Shown in pieces: positions 50,274 to 60,423 of a stretch of DNA of 64,000 nt. Each line of letters opens with the position of its first letter. The first letter of the stretch is position 1. Position numbers and translations under genes: made by a program. The stretch covers positions 2,297 through 66,296 of the forward strand of contig JAMCYP010000014.1 of NCBI GenBank assembly GCA_023476545.1, in the 5' to 3' direction. The notes under the pieces are model-generated. The model saw only the letters and a list, made by a program, of their open reading frames with translations. It was not told the DNA's origin and ran no database searches. Origin of the DNA: Candidatus Marsarchaeota archaeon (lineage in GTDB: Archaea > Micrarchaeota > Micrarchaeia > Micrarchaeales > CABMGC01).

Positions 50274-50552
50274 TCACTTAGAGAGGTCGTTTACCTCTTC
50301 CTTTGTGGTCTCTTGTCCGTTCGCTGAAGGGGCTGAGACCAGAACCACATCGCCGACGTTCTTTACGCTCTTGTACAGCACGCTCTTCTGCATAAGCGTC
50401 CTCCTCATGTCGCCCTTCATTCCCTTCATAGGGATCATGAGAAGCCTGCTCACTTCGCCCTTCTCCAGATCAACTATTATGTCCTGTACCTCGCCCAGAT
50501 ACTGCCCGGAGTCGCTGTATATGTCCATTCGGTAAATCTCGGAAAGCTTCAT
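50274..50552 (-). CDS. PRC-barrel domain protein
   Basis: LSEIYRMDIYSDSGQYLGEVQDIIVD...VKNVGDVVLV. Confidence 0.92.
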   Translation of the reverse strand: MKLSEIYRMDIYSDSGQYLGEVQDIIVDLEKGEVSRLLMIPMKGMKGDMRRTLMQKSVLYKSVKNVGDVVLVSAPSANGQETTKEEVNDLSK

Positions 50553-50846
50553 TTTCTCGCCTTGTCGCCAGCAATATACTCGACGGATAAATTTATAAGG
50601 ATTCAACAATAGCGGAACGGCAAAATCGCGCGATAATTCCTGAATTCCTGTAACTTTCTTGTATCATAAGATATTTTCGGGCTGCGGCTCTTTATAAATT
50701 TAATTTGAGAGTTTAGATTCAATAGATAGGTTGTGGATCGGGGAGGATTTTGAGCAGCAGATTTGTTTGTCCGAAAGAAAGCGGAGACGGATCTGTGCTC
50801 GAATATCGGGAGATGAGTGCGACCGATGTCACGTACCTGAGAGTGC

Positions 50847-53771
50847 GTGTTTGGAGTGATTAGAAAGGTCGTAGCCAGGCAGAAGGAAGCGGTGGAGGCG
50901 GGCATAGCGCAGACACTGGATACTTTCTATGAGGTTGAGAACGGGGCAGCTTCCACTACGTCAGTCACAAAGGAAGATGCTCATGAGAGACCAAAAAGCG
51001 TGTTGTTGGACTCTGGGACAGGAACCGGCAAAACCACACAGATGATTGCAGGGCTTGTAGATCTGCTGAAGGAAGGCGAAAAGACAAATGGGAAGATGGG
51101 CGCCAGGCCCGAAGACATATTGTTCATAACATGGTCCAGGGAAGCCAACGAGGAGGTCAGGGAGAGGCTGACCAAAGTGCTTGCTGAAGAAGGGGCGCCA
51201 AAGGTCAGGGAGTCGGACATCGAGATACGCACTCTGCGCAGCTATACTTCTGGCTTGATGCGCGAGCAGGCGGGGGAGACGATAGCGGAGATAAGCGACA
51301 GCAGGGCAGGAGTAATAATACTAGAGGGGCTGCGCGCCAACAACCCGCAGAGATACAGCGACGAGTACCTGCGCGTCATGGCCAAGGACATGAAGCGCAC
51401 CATAGACTTCATAAAGGGGTTCGGCCTGTCGTCGACCGAGGTCGACATGAAGCTGGTGGGCGAGGAGATAGAGAGGGTATGCAAGGAGAAAGAATTCAAC
51501 GAGACGAGAACCTCGAAGAACATGCAGTACTTCGACATGTTCATGAAGGTCTTCGACCACTACGAGAAATCCCTGGAGGACGCAAGCCTTCTTGACCAGA
51601 ACGACATACTCATGTTGCTGAAGGAGAGGATGGACAAGGGAGAGAGCCCGTACAAGAGATACAAGTACGTGTTTGTTGACGGAATACAGGACATGAATGT
51701 GCTCGAGTCCCAGGTAATTGCCAAGTCTGGAGAGAGTCAGATGCTCGTGAGGGACGACAAGAAGGCCATATTCGGATTCAGGGGCGGAGGTGTCGAGAAC
51801 GCGTGGAGCTTCAGCGATGTGGATTCGGTAATAAGAGGGGGAGCCGGAAACGTCAACAAGCGGAATCTGAAGGAACTGTCTGATTATGCCAAGGACTTCT
51901 TTCTGGCGAATGTCACTGACAGGAAGGCTTATGAGAAGGACTTTGAGGGCGCGGTGAATGCCAGAACCGAGAGGAAGGGGGTGGTGCAGCTCGTAACAGT
52001 GGAAGACGGGGTAAACGACCAGGTGGAAGCTGCAGCCGCGATTATTGCAGACCTTGTAAAGAAGGGAGAGAAGGTTGGGGTGCTGGGCCGCAGCAACTAC
52101 CAGCTGGAGGTCATGGAGAAGAAGCTTGACTCGCTTGGCATACACTACATGTCAAAGAGGCACGGCGGCGCTAAGGACGCCAAGAACGACATAATAGACT
52201 ACCTAAAGGGAATGCTGTACAACGAGCCGGAGATAGTCATAAAGGCGCTCTTCACCCCGTTTGCCCAGGTAAGCTGGGCAGATGCATCAGACGCGGTAGA
52301 GAAGTACAGGACGGGAAAGATAACCTGGATAGAGCTGCAGAGAAGAGTGCCGAGCTTCTTCGCAAACAAGGCAACGTTCACGAGGAGCAAGATAGAAGAG
52401 CTATTCGGAAGCGTTGTCATCCCCATAGCAGTTGGCCAGGGCGAGGACTATCACAAGGCGGCTCTCGCGATACAGAGGAGCCTGCTTGACTATACCGGCA
52501 CGCGCACTGAGATAGACAGAACCTCTCTGTTCGACCATCTTGAGATGAGCACCGAGAGGTCCGAGCCTGCAGGCAAGGGGAATGGAGTACTCCTGGCAAC
52601 TGTGCACGGCGCAAAGAGCAAGTGGTTTGACACGGTGGTCTACCTGCCTTCGTACTTCAGGGGCACGCTGGACTACCCGGACATAACCAAGTACGCGATA
52701 ATGAAGGCCACAGCAGGGATAGACACGATAGCTGCTTCGCAGGACGAGCCGCTCAAGGTGGACTTCGTTGCCATAACCAGAGCCAGGAATGAGCTCTATA
52801 TCATTTCGAGCAAGAAGCAGCACCCGTGGTTCAACATACCTGGAAAGATAGTGTTGGCGGAGCCCAGGCGCGTGCCACAGAATGCAGAGGCGCAGGCGAC
52901 GGAAACACCAGAGTTGAAGAGCAGCGCGAGGGGGCTCAAGAGCGAGGGCCAGCGGATAAAGGAATCTTTCTTCGACCACTTCGCTCAGAGCGGGTCCGTG
53001 TCCTTTACGCAGGTGGAGACTTCAAGCAACCCGTTCAGGTACGTATTCAACTACATATACAAATCAAGGGAGCAGACCACCCCGATGAAGGTAGGGGCAC
53101 AGGTCCACGAGATAGCCGAGAGATTCTTCAGGAAGACTCTGTCAGAGGGCTCGCTCAACGAGACGGAGAAGAGGTTCCTGGACAACATAAAGGAGGTGTA
53201 CTCCCTGGTCACCGAGACATACGGGGTACGGCAGACAGATGCCGAGTATAATGTAGAGCTTGACATAAACGAGGTGTTTGAGGAATTCCCTCCGGGAACA
53301 CGATTCAAGGGGAAGATAGACGCAGTATACGAGAAGGCCACTCCGGAAGGCACGAAGTACATACTGCTCGACTACAAGACGGACAAGGATGGGACGTGGT
53401 TCGGAGGGCACGAGAAGCAGGTGGCGCTGTACAAGAGAGCGTTCGCGATCAAGAAGAAGGTAAGAGAGGAGGACATAGATGTAATAGTCGCGTTTATAGG
53501 AAGGAGCCAGGGAGGCCAGAGCTTCGGCATGAAGATGCACTCTTCGATACCCGCGAGGGGATTCGAACTGATGACCGAGAAGAGGCTTGCGGAGCGCCTA
53601 GAGGCGATAAAAGAGGATACGAAGACGTTCCTGGATTACAGAAATGACCCGAACAAGTTCATAGACGCGCTGCTCCACGCAGACCCACAGAACGCCAGGG
53701 AGAAGAGGCTACGCGAGGCCCTGCTGGCAGATAATGACATAGCGGCCAGGTCTGTAGCCAGGATAGAGTAG
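50847..53771 (+). CDS. UvrD/PcrA-like SF1 helicase fused to a C-terminal PD-(D/E)XK nuclease; degenerate Walker B
   Basis: GTGTGKT, VFVDGIQD, DDKKAIFGFRG, TVHGAKS, VAITRAR; nuclease GKIDAV...LLDYKT...QVALY; start uncertain. Confidence 0.88.
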   Translation: MFGVIRKVVARQKEAVEAGIAQTLDTFYEVENGAASTTSVTKEDAHERPKSVLLDSGTGTGKTTQMIAGLVDLLKEGEKTNGKMGARPEDILFITWSREANEEVRERLTKVLAEEGAPKVRESDIEIRTLRSYTSGLMREQAGETIAEISDSRAGVIILEGLRANNPQRYSDEYLRVMAKDMKRTIDFIKGFGLSSTEVDMKLVGEEIERVCKEKEFNETRTSKNMQYFDMFMKVFDHYEKSLEDASLLDQNDILMLLKERMDKGESPYKRYKYVFVDGIQDMNVLESQVIAKSGESQMLVRDDKKAIFGFRGGGVENAWSFSDVDSVIRGGAGNVNKRNLKELSDYAKDFFLANVTDRKAYEKDFEGAVNARTERKGVVQLVTVEDGVNDQVEAAAAIIADLVKKGEKVGVLGRSNYQLEVMEKKLDSLGIHYMSKRHGGAKDAKNDIIDYLKGMLYNEPEIVIKALFTPFAQVSWADASDAVEKYRTGKITWIELQRRVPSFFANKATFTRSKIEELFGSVVIPIAVGQGEDYHKAALAIQRSLLDYTGTRTEIDRTSLFDHLEMSTERSEPAGKGNGVLLATVHGAKSKWFDTVVYLPSYFRGTLDYPDITKYAIMKATAGIDTIAASQDEPLKVDFVAITRARNELYIISSKKQHPWFNIPGKIVLAEPRRVPQNAEAQATETPELKSSARGLKSEGQRIKESFFDHFAQSGSVSFTQVETSSNPFRYVFNYIYKSREQTTPMKVGAQVHEIAERFFRKTLSEGSLNETEKRFLDNIKEVYSLVTETYGVRQTDAEYNVELDINEVFEEFPPGTRFKGKIDAVYEKATPEGTKYILLDYKTDKDGTWFGGHEKQVALYKRAFAIKKKVREEDIDVIVAFIGRSQGGQSFGMKMHSSIPARGFELMTEKRLAERLEAIKEDTKTFLDYRNDPNKFIDALLHADPQNAREKRLREALLADNDIAARSVARIE

Positions 53772-53773
53772 CC

Positions 53774-54931
53774 TCAAGGCTGCATCCAGTCGATCTCGAA
53801 GTAGTCGTGCGCGCTTCCTTTTAGTTTTATGCGCCTGACCCTGTAGTAGGTCACTGCTGTTTCCCTGTCTGCTATCGCCAGCAGCAGGCCTAGCCCCTTG
53901 CCGCTCGCCTCGCTTATCGCATTGGACAGCTCCTGGCCGCTGAGGTACTCTTCCTCTCCCAGAGAGAGCATTGCAAATGCCGGGGGGTTTCTGCCAGGGG
54001 CGTCGGCCTCTCCCCCGTGCCTGTGGTACAGAACGTAGTCTATCTCCTTCTTCCCGCTCTTTGCCCTTCCAGGAAGGGCGAGTATGAATGTCTTGCGCAC
54101 GGAGTGCGCCACTCTTATGGCACGGGCCCATTCCGATATCAGCAGGCGTGAGTCTTTTGGAAAGACCTGGATCACATGCTTGGAGTGTGTCTGTTCGGCG
54201 TCGCTTGCGCCCATAGGTCTCGCCCCAGGGAAGTACACCCTGAAATGGGTTCCGAACTTGAAGCCCGTCTTTACCACGTACCCTTTCGCTCTCCAATCAC
54301 AGTACACCTCGTACAGGCTCATGAAGTCAGGGCGGCGCCCAGTTGCCAGGGACGCAACCTCCGCCCTTGTGGCATTTCTGAGGGAGAGGTCGCCGGCATC
54401 TATGAGCATCAGGGTCTCGTATACGTCAAGCTTGTTCAGGCTGCCCCTGTCCGCCGCCTTGTATGATCCGAACTGCCCTATCCAGAATCTGTCATACAGG
54501 TTCCTGCCCTTGTCCTGCTCGTCCAGTATAGAGATCATGTCGTTCTGGAAGAACGTGGCGTGGATGCTCTCCTTCGGAAGCTTCAGTGAAGAAGACGGAT
54601 ACTCTTTCGATTCTGGTTTCTGCGGTTTTTCGTACTTCCTGCCGCTTGGCACCGCGACAAGCCCGCGGTCTCTCCAATCCTTGTAGGTAAAGTACCTTGC
54701 CATGAACTTGCTTGACTTGGAGAACGCCGCGGCGATCTCTTCAAAACTCAACTCTTTTCCGGCACGCACGCATACCGCGTTTCTCATCTCGATGAGGTAT
54801 AGGGCTTCCTCAACTGAGAGGTGCTGCCCTTTCGCGCCGCGTTCTCCGTAGTGGCCCCGTCTAACTATGTCTGCTGTTGAGGCGTCGCTGACCGTTATCT
54901 CGTTCCTGCCTGACATCTCGAACCGCAACAC
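53774..54931 (-). CDS. endA: tRNA-splicing endonuclease, three-unit epsilon2 (ARMAN)-type
   Basis: Duplicated EEALYL/YETLML and YKDWRDRG/YCDWRAKG units; catalytic KTGFKFGTHFRVY, HSKH, RVAHSVRK; 385 aa. Confidence 0.9.
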   Translation of the reverse strand: MLRFEMSGRNEITVSDASTADIVRRGHYGERGAKGQHLSVEEALYLIEMRNAVCVRAGKELSFEEIAAAFSKSSKFMARYFTYKDWRDRGLVAVPSGRKYEKPQKPESKEYPSSSLKLPKESIHATFFQNDMISILDEQDKGRNLYDRFWIGQFGSYKAADRGSLNKLDVYETLMLIDAGDLSLRNATRAEVASLATGRRPDFMSLYEVYCDWRAKGYVVKTGFKFGTHFRVYFPGARPMGASDAEQTHSKHVIQVFPKDSRLLISEWARAIRVAHSVRKTFILALPGRAKSGKKEIDYVLYHRHGGEADAPGRNPPAFAMLSLGEEEYLSGQELSNAISEASGKGLGLLLAIADRETAVTYYRVRRIKLKGSAHDYFEIDWMQP

Positions 54932-54999
54932 ACTACCAGCAGTATATCGCTAGCAAAGCACATATAAACTTCTAGCGCGTTTGGTCTAGTGGCGACAGT

Positions 55000-55998
55000 T
55001 TGGCAGAAAGCTATGCCTACAGGAAGAGAATGAAGCGTGCAAGGCTTGCGGTACTTACCATACTGGGTCTGAGCGTCGGCATGTTCATCGTGATCGCGGC
55101 GCTGGCCATGCTCAACGAAGGCGTTGGCAGGTTCGTCTCAACTATCGCGTCAATAAATCTCTTCTACTATGCCATTGCCCTGGCATGCGTGCTGATGAGT
55201 AGCGCTGTGGGTTTCCCTAAGTGGAGCATGTTTGTACACAAGCTTGGGATAAAGATAAACTGGAAGAAGAACTTCGCGATCTACCTCTCTATGTTTTCGA
55301 TGGACATAACGCCAGGGAGGTGGGGGCGCGCGGTTGTCGCATACACGATCAATAGGATAACAGGTGTAAGGTTCGGGAAGACGTTTCCTGCAGTGGTGGC
55401 AGACATACTCACCGACTTCCTGGGATTCATAGCTGTCGCAGTTGTTTTCTCATTCCTCGTGCATGATTACACAGTGGTATCTGTGGTCATAAGCATACTC
55501 CTTCTGATACCGTTCATCTTCATCTACGTCAGGCAGCCATACGAGTGGGTGAAGAAGAAGCTGCGCAGGATGAAGACGCTGCGCGGCATCTTCAAGGTGG
55601 CTGATCTATACTTCAGGAGCAGCCGGTCCCTTGATGCTGGAACCTATGCTTATGCTATGGTGTTTACAATACCGGCAGTTGTCCTGAGCAGCCTGGCACT
55701 ATATTTTGTGATACTCAGCTTCGGAATCGGAATATCCCCAGACCTGCTCCCCACCATTCTGTTCATTTACACATCGTCGTTGCTAATTGGAATGGTGACT
55801 GGCATACCAGGCACGCTCGGAGTCACCGACGCGGCGCTGCTCGGTTACCTTATCGCATTCTTCGGAGGCGCAGGGATAACGTTCGGTATCGCCTCTGCCA
55901 TAGTGATCTTCTTCAGGATAGCAAGCATGTGGTTCACGGAAGGGGTCAGTAGCGCATTTCTGTTATATACGATGCGATACTGGAGGCTTAGGAGGTAG
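55000..55998 (+). CDS. UPF0104 / lysylphosphatidylglycerol synthase TM domain (flippase-like) protein
   Basis: ITPGRWG, IPGTLGVTD, FFRIASMW; multiple TMs. Confidence 0.85.
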   Translation: MAESYAYRKRMKRARLAVLTILGLSVGMFIVIAALAMLNEGVGRFVSTIASINLFYYAIALACVLMSSAVGFPKWSMFVHKLGIKINWKKNFAIYLSMFSMDITPGRWGRAVVAYTINRITGVRFGKTFPAVVADILTDFLGFIAVAVVFSFLVHDYTVVSVVISILLLIPFIFIYVRQPYEWVKKKLRRMKTLRGIFKVADLYFRSSRSLDAGTYAYAMVFTIPAVVLSSLALYFVILSFGIGISPDLLPTILFIYTSSLLIGMVTGIPGTLGVTDAALLGYLIAFFGGAGITFGIASAIVIFFRIASMWFTEGVSSAFLLYTMRYWRLRR

Positions 55999-56761
55999 AC
56001 GCGGCCCTGTCGAAGCTCTCCCTCTCGGCGAAGCTCATCTCCGCGGGAATCACTAGGGACAGCACCTTCCCCTCAAGCTCTGCGGCGTGTTGGGTCAGCT
56101 CGCCGATCTTGCTCCTCACAATCATCTTGTCGTCTCTTCCCAGGTTTGCCAATATCATGATCTCTTTTTCTGAGTTCAGCTGCGCTCCCTTCATGCCCGA
56201 AGTGGCTTTCGAAATGATGCCAGCGGCTTCCTCTATCTTCATGGGCCTGAAGCTCTTGTGCTCTATGTCAAGCAGCACCAGTGTGTGCTGCCCGTTTCTC
56301 AGGTTCCTCTCTATGGCGTCAATGAACGCTGTGGGCCTGTACCTCTCGGACCAGAAGGGGATGGTGACCGTGGGACCGAACTTATACACGTCGAGCCCGC
56401 TCTCACCTATCGCTATGGAGAAGACCGAAGGCGCGTGTATCACCCTGCATTCTATGCCCTGCCTCTTGGCTTCGTTCAGTATGATTCCGTGGGTCGTTGC
56501 GATGAGCGGGTCTCCAGGAACGAGGATCACCACCTTTGCCCCCTTTGCTGCTGCGACCGTCTTCGCAAGACCGTCTTCCAGGTCCTTCCTCACAAGCGGC
56601 GTGGGCTTCCTGCCGGCCTGCCTCTCTATGAAGTCAGCGTACTCTTTTGGGATGAACGCGGTATATGACTCGAGAAAGAGTGCGTCGGCTTCCTTTATCT
56701 CTTCCAGCGCCAGCGCTGACAGGTCCTTGTTTCCCAGCCCAAGTCCGATGAGAAAGAGCAC
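55988..56761 (-). CDS. dph5: Diphthine synthase
   Basis: MLFLIGLGL, LESYT, GDPLIATTH, GLDVYKFGPTVTIP, HTLVLLDI. Confidence 0.97.
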   Translation of the reverse strand: MLFLIGLGLGNKDLSALALEEIKEADALFLESYTAFIPKEYADFIERQAGRKPTPLVRKDLEDGLAKTVAAAKGAKVVILVPGDPLIATTHGIILNEAKRQGIECRVIHAPSVFSIAIGESGLDVYKFGPTVTIPFWSERYRPTAFIDAIERNLRNGQHTLVLLDIEHKSFRPMKIEEAAGIISKATSGMKGAQLNSEKEIMILANLGRDDKMIVRSKIGELTQHAAELEGKVLSLVIPAEMSFAERESFDRAASTS

Positions 56762-56779
56762 GGAATCAACTGGCAGCGA

Positions 56780-57145
56780 CTAAGCAGCAGACAGGGAGCG
56801 TTCCCATTCCACAGCTGCTTCTTCCGACTTCTCGTCTCCCCTCTTCCGCGCAAACTCGATCAGATCCTGGCCTCCCTCCGCGGTCTCGTGAGCCAGCTGC
56901 CTCTGCTGTGCGATGTTAAGTTTGGTCTTCGCCAGCGTAACTCCTTCGATGAAGAGCGCCGAGTTGCCCTTGCGTATCGCGCCTGCGAGGAGGGGCCTCG
57001 ATATGGAACGGTCAAGGCTTCGGTTTGGGGTCTTCAGCAACTCGAATATTTCGTCCGCTGACATGTCATGTGTCGCGCTATCCAGAGTGGTCCATCCCTT
57101 GAGCAGCGCTTCTTTGGTATGCAGTATGCCGCTAGCGGTAGCCAT
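56780..57145 (-). CDS. Hypothetical protein
   Basis: AGGTG SD; co-oriented between radA and dph5. Confidence 0.7.
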   Translation of the reverse strand: MATASGILHTKEALLKGWTTLDSATHDMSADEIFELLKTPNRSLDRSISRPLLAGAIRKGNSALFIEGVTLAKTKLNIAQQRQLAHETAEGGQDLIEFARKRGDEKSEEAAVEWERSLSAA

Positions 57146-57163
57146 GCTTACACCTGATTATCA

Positions 57164-58114
57164 TCAGTCCCTTACGCCGTCGGGCGTGATCTTTATGACG
57201 GTTTCGCCCTCAGGCATGCTGGGCGAATCAACAAGCCTGATTATCCTCTTCTCCTCCTTGCTCTTCCTGACGTAGAGCCTGGTGGTTGCCGCGTGGGCGA
57301 CCACGTTGCCTCCTACCGGAGTCGTGGGGTCCCCAAAGAGCATTCCTGGGTTGTCCATGACCTGGTTGGTTATATACACTGCAAGGGAGTAGTCGTCCGC
57401 GAGTCTCTGAAGCTTGTGTATGTGCGCGTTAAGCTTCTGCTGCCTCTCGTTGAGCGCACCCCTGCCTATGAACTCGGAACGGAACAGGGCCATGAGCGAA
57501 TCGACTATTATGAGCTTAACGTTCTTCTCCCTGATTAGCTTGTCTGCCCTCTCTATAGTGAGTATCTGCTGGTCCGTGCTGGTTACCCTGCTCACGAATA
57601 TGTTGTCCAGGACTGTCTTGGAATCAAGGCCCGCGCCTTCTGCATCGGACTTGATTCTTTCAGGCCTGAACGTTCCTTCTGTGTCAACGAACAGCACAGA
57701 TCCTCCCAGGCCTCCCTTCTCCACTGGCAGCTGTACGTTTACTGCAAGCTGGAAGCCCAGCTGCGTCTTCCCGCTGGCGAACCTTCCATACATCTCAGTA
57801 ATGCCGTTTGTCTCAACGCCCCCGCCGAGGAGCTCGTCAAGCCCCTTTGCGCTTGTGGTTATCCTACCTAGGGACTCCCTCTTCTCGAGCACGGCTGTGC
57901 CTGTCTGCACCTCAATATTGGTTGCCTCGCGCGCAGCGTCAACCGCCTTCTTTGCGTTCTCCGAGCTTATGCCCGTTACCTCTGATATCTGGTACGGGGA
58001 CGAGGCTGCCACCTTCTCTATGTTGTCGAAGCCATTAGCCCGCAACTTCTCGGCAGTGGTAGGCCCGATTCCAGGAAGGTCCTCAAGCTCATGAACGCCC
58101 TTGTCTTTTGCCAA
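57164..58114 (-). CDS. radA: DNA repair and recombination protein RadA
   Basis: N-terminal HhH (LPGIGP), GRFASGKTQ, DTEGTFRPER, RQQKL, TNQV. Confidence 0.99.
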   Translation of the reverse strand: MAKDKGVHELEDLPGIGPTTAEKLRANGFDNIEKVAASSPYQISEVTGISSENAKKAVDAAREATNIEVQTGTAVLEKRESLGRITTSAKGLDELLGGGVETNGITEMYGRFASGKTQLGFQLAVNVQLPVEKGGLGGSVLFVDTEGTFRPERIKSDAEGAGLDSKTVLDNIFVSRVTSTDQQILTIERADKLIREKNVKLIIVDSLMALFRSEFIGRGALNERQQKLNAHIHKLQRLADDYSLAVYITNQVMDNPGMLFGDPTTPVGGNVVAHAATTRLYVRKSKEEKRIIRLVDSPSMPEGETVIKITPDGVRD

Positions 58115-58209
58115 AAAAGCCCCATAGATTTAGCTCAATTTACAATATTAAAGCTTGCCCTCGGTGGGTTTATAAGAATTGGCACATCAGTAACGCTGAT
58201 GGTTCAAAT

Positions 58210-58244
58210 AAAAAAAGGCCAGCACATGGTTCACATGCGCTGGC
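58210..58244 (-). terminator. Hairpin plus oligo-T, terminator-like
   Basis: Minus strand GCCAGCGCATG-TGAAC-CATGTGCTGGC (11 bp, one G-U) followed by C and T7. Confidence 0.55.
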
Positions 58245-58366
58245 AAGGCGACCAGTTTCATACTTCTCCCCACAGTAGGAGGATACGTACGAGAACCTAA
58301 AGGCATATGCCCTCTTTAGGTTTAAAAGACTATCTAACTTGTGGAAGTTTTCAAAAAGATGAAACG

Positions 58367-59032
58367 ATGACTAACGTATTGACCCTCGACGGTAAAGGGG
58401 CGGCGCTAGCGTTGGTTTTCGGCGTTGCGATCCTCTTTTTCGGCCGGAATTTAGGAGTGTTCTTCCTCTTCGAAATGCTTCTTTTTTTGATGCTGGCCGC
58501 ACTGGTAACCAGAGCCGGAATATACAAAAAGAAGCGCCTTGGGGTGTACGAGGCTACGCGTGGTTGGAAGAATGTAGTTGCGAACGGGCTGACGCCGCTT
58601 GCTGTATCTTTTGTCTACTTTATCAACTACAGTGCAGGGTTCTTGCCTAGGGAGACGGTTGCCATAGTATACGTTGCCAGCGTCGCTGCTGTTGCAGCTG
58701 ACAAGTTCGCCAGTGAGATAGGCATACTCGACGGGGATCCGGTGATGCTTATGAGTCTGCGACGGGTCAAAAAAGGCACATCCGGAGGCGTGAACGCGCT
58801 GGGGATTGCTGCTGCGTTAGCCGCGGCTGTTGTGATCGGGAGCGGCGTATACCTTATAGGCGGTTCGTTTGTTTCGATAGCAGTGGTTGCGGTTTCGGGA
58901 TTGGCCGGAGATATAGTGGACTCTGTGCTGGGATATTGGGAGGAAAAGAAGATCGGGAACAAGCATACTTCTAACTTCGCCTGTTCCGTTGTCGGCGCTG
59001 CTGCGTGCGTAGTCATTTTGGCGCTTTTGTAA
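58367..59032 (+). CDS. DUF92 (TMEM19-like) membrane protein
   Basis: RGWKNVVANG, ADKFASEIG, GTSGGV, DSVLG. Confidence 0.92.
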   Translation: MTNVLTLDGKGAALALVFGVAILFFGRNLGVFFLFEMLLFLMLAALVTRAGIYKKKRLGVYEATRGWKNVVANGLTPLAVSFVYFINYSAGFLPRETVAIVYVASVAAVAADKFASEIGILDGDPVMLMSLRRVKKGTSGGVNALGIAAALAAAVVIGSGVYLIGGSFVSIAVVAVSGLAGDIVDSVLGYWEEKKIGNKHTSNFACSVVGAAACVVILALL

Positions 59033-59112
59033 GCAGGTTTACTGCAGGAAACTTTCCCGATTTGGCATTATAAATAGGCGCGCGTTATAGTCAGATTGGT
59101 GTTTTAACGTCA

Positions 59113-60051
59113 GTGACAACCAAAAGTTTCGATGCAAAAGAAGCAATGATGTCCCGCGTGAAGAATCTTGAGGCGGACGCGCAAATCGGGATGGTAAGAA
59201 AGGTGCTCGACCACGGGGCTGTGATGCTTGTGGACTACATGGGTGGAGACGAGTCCATAGTGAGAGCAGCGAGGGTGTCATACGGAGCGGGAACAAAGAC
59301 TTTGCAGGAAGACAAGGCGCTCATAAAATACCTCCTGCGACACTCTCACACAACTCCGTTCGAGATGGTGGAGACGACCTTCTACCTGAAGATGCCGATT
59401 TTCGTAATGAGGCAGATTGTCAGGCACAGGACCGCGAACATGAACGAGATGTCGCTGAGGTACTCGATTGAGCTCGATGTTCATTACGTGCCGGAGCTTG
59501 ACGCCATACAGGGGCAGTCCTCATCGAACAAACAGGGCAGGGAGGAGAAAGGCTGGACGAAGGAGGCAAAGGAGGGGATACAGACCGAGATGCGGGACCA
59601 TGCGGAGGCGAGCTATGCCCTTTATCAGAAACTGATCCAGCAGGGTGTAGCCAGGGAGATCGCAAGATTTGTTCTGCCCGTTACATTCTACACCGAATGC
59701 TACTGGAAGATGGACCTCTGGAATATGCTCCACTTCCTCGCGCTCAGAATGGACGCACATGCGCAGTTCGAGACCAGAGAGTTCGCTAATGCTATGGCTG
59801 AAGTAGTCAAGAAAGTGGTACCTGTCGCTTTCGAAGCCTTCGAAGAGTACATAAAAGACGGGATGAGGCTCTCTAAAAAAGAAGAGACTGCAGTTGCGAC
59901 CCTGCTGAGAGGGGCTACGCAGGAAGATGCCTGCTCCGCAGCCGGGCTGACGCTATATAAGCCAGATGGGACACCGCTGATCACAGGGGAGGGGCCTGAA
60001 TTCCTGCAAAAGCTGGCGGCTATTAGGGAAAAGGAGGCAAGGAGAGGCTAG
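59113..60051 (+). CDS. thyX: FAD-dependent thymidylate synthase ThyX
   Basis: AARVSYG, HTTPFE, RHRTANMNEMSLRY, HAQFE.R. Confidence 0.98.
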   Translation: MTTKSFDAKEAMMSRVKNLEADAQIGMVRKVLDHGAVMLVDYMGGDESIVRAARVSYGAGTKTLQEDKALIKYLLRHSHTTPFEMVETTFYLKMPIFVMRQIVRHRTANMNEMSLRYSIELDVHYVPELDAIQGQSSSNKQGREEKGWTKEAKEGIQTEMRDHAEASYALYQKLIQQGVAREIARFVLPVTFYTECYWKMDLWNMLHFLALRMDAHAQFETREFANAMAEVVKKVVPVAFEAFEEYIKDGMRLSKKEETAVATLLRGATQEDACSAAGLTLYKPDGTPLITGEGPEFLQKLAAIREKEARRG

Positions 60052-60317
60052 GGGGCAGAGAACGGTTTCCATTCCTTGTGCTTCTCTAGGAAGCTGGGGA
60101 TGTACGGGCAGTCGGGCCTGACCTTGAACCCGTGGGCCCTGGCGTACTCGAAAGCGGCTATGGCGAGCTTCTCCGCTACACCCTTGCCCCTGTCAGCTTC
60201 AGGAGTGAAAGTATGGTAGAAGCTGAGCGTCTTTTCGTCTATCTTGGAGTACAGCAGCTCGGCCTCTCCGTGTTCGGTCTCGGAGTAGAATCTGCCATCT
60301 GTGTGCTTTATCTCCAT
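60048..60317 (-). CDS. Small GNAT-family N-acetyltransferase (YjdJ-like)
   Basis: HTFTPEADRGKGVA, VRPDCPYI; start at ATG 60317 with AGGTG SD. Confidence 0.92.
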   Translation of the reverse strand: MEIKHTDGRFYSETEHGEAELLYSKIDEKTLSFYHTFTPEADRGKGVAEKLAIAAFEYARAHGFKVRPDCPYIPSFLEKHKEWKPFSAP

Positions 60318-60326
60318 GTGAACACC

Positions 60327-60397
60327 TGCGCCAGCCGGGAATCGGACCCGGGTTTTGAGCTTGGGAAGCTCATGTCCGGCCACTAGACTACTGGCGC
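60327..60397 (-). tRNA. tRNA-Gly (CCC)
   Basis: GCGCCAG/CTGGCGC+A, anticodon arm TGAGC-TTCCCAA-GCTCA, T loop TCCGATT. Confidence 0.93.
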
Positions 60398-60423
60398 GCA
60401 ATTGAGATTTGGCGTCAGCATTC

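Noticed and set aside
50750..50863. 37-codon SD-preceded ORF upstream of the helicase-nuclease
   Set aside because: No motif, it overlaps the uncertain helicase start, and it cannot be distinguished from chance.
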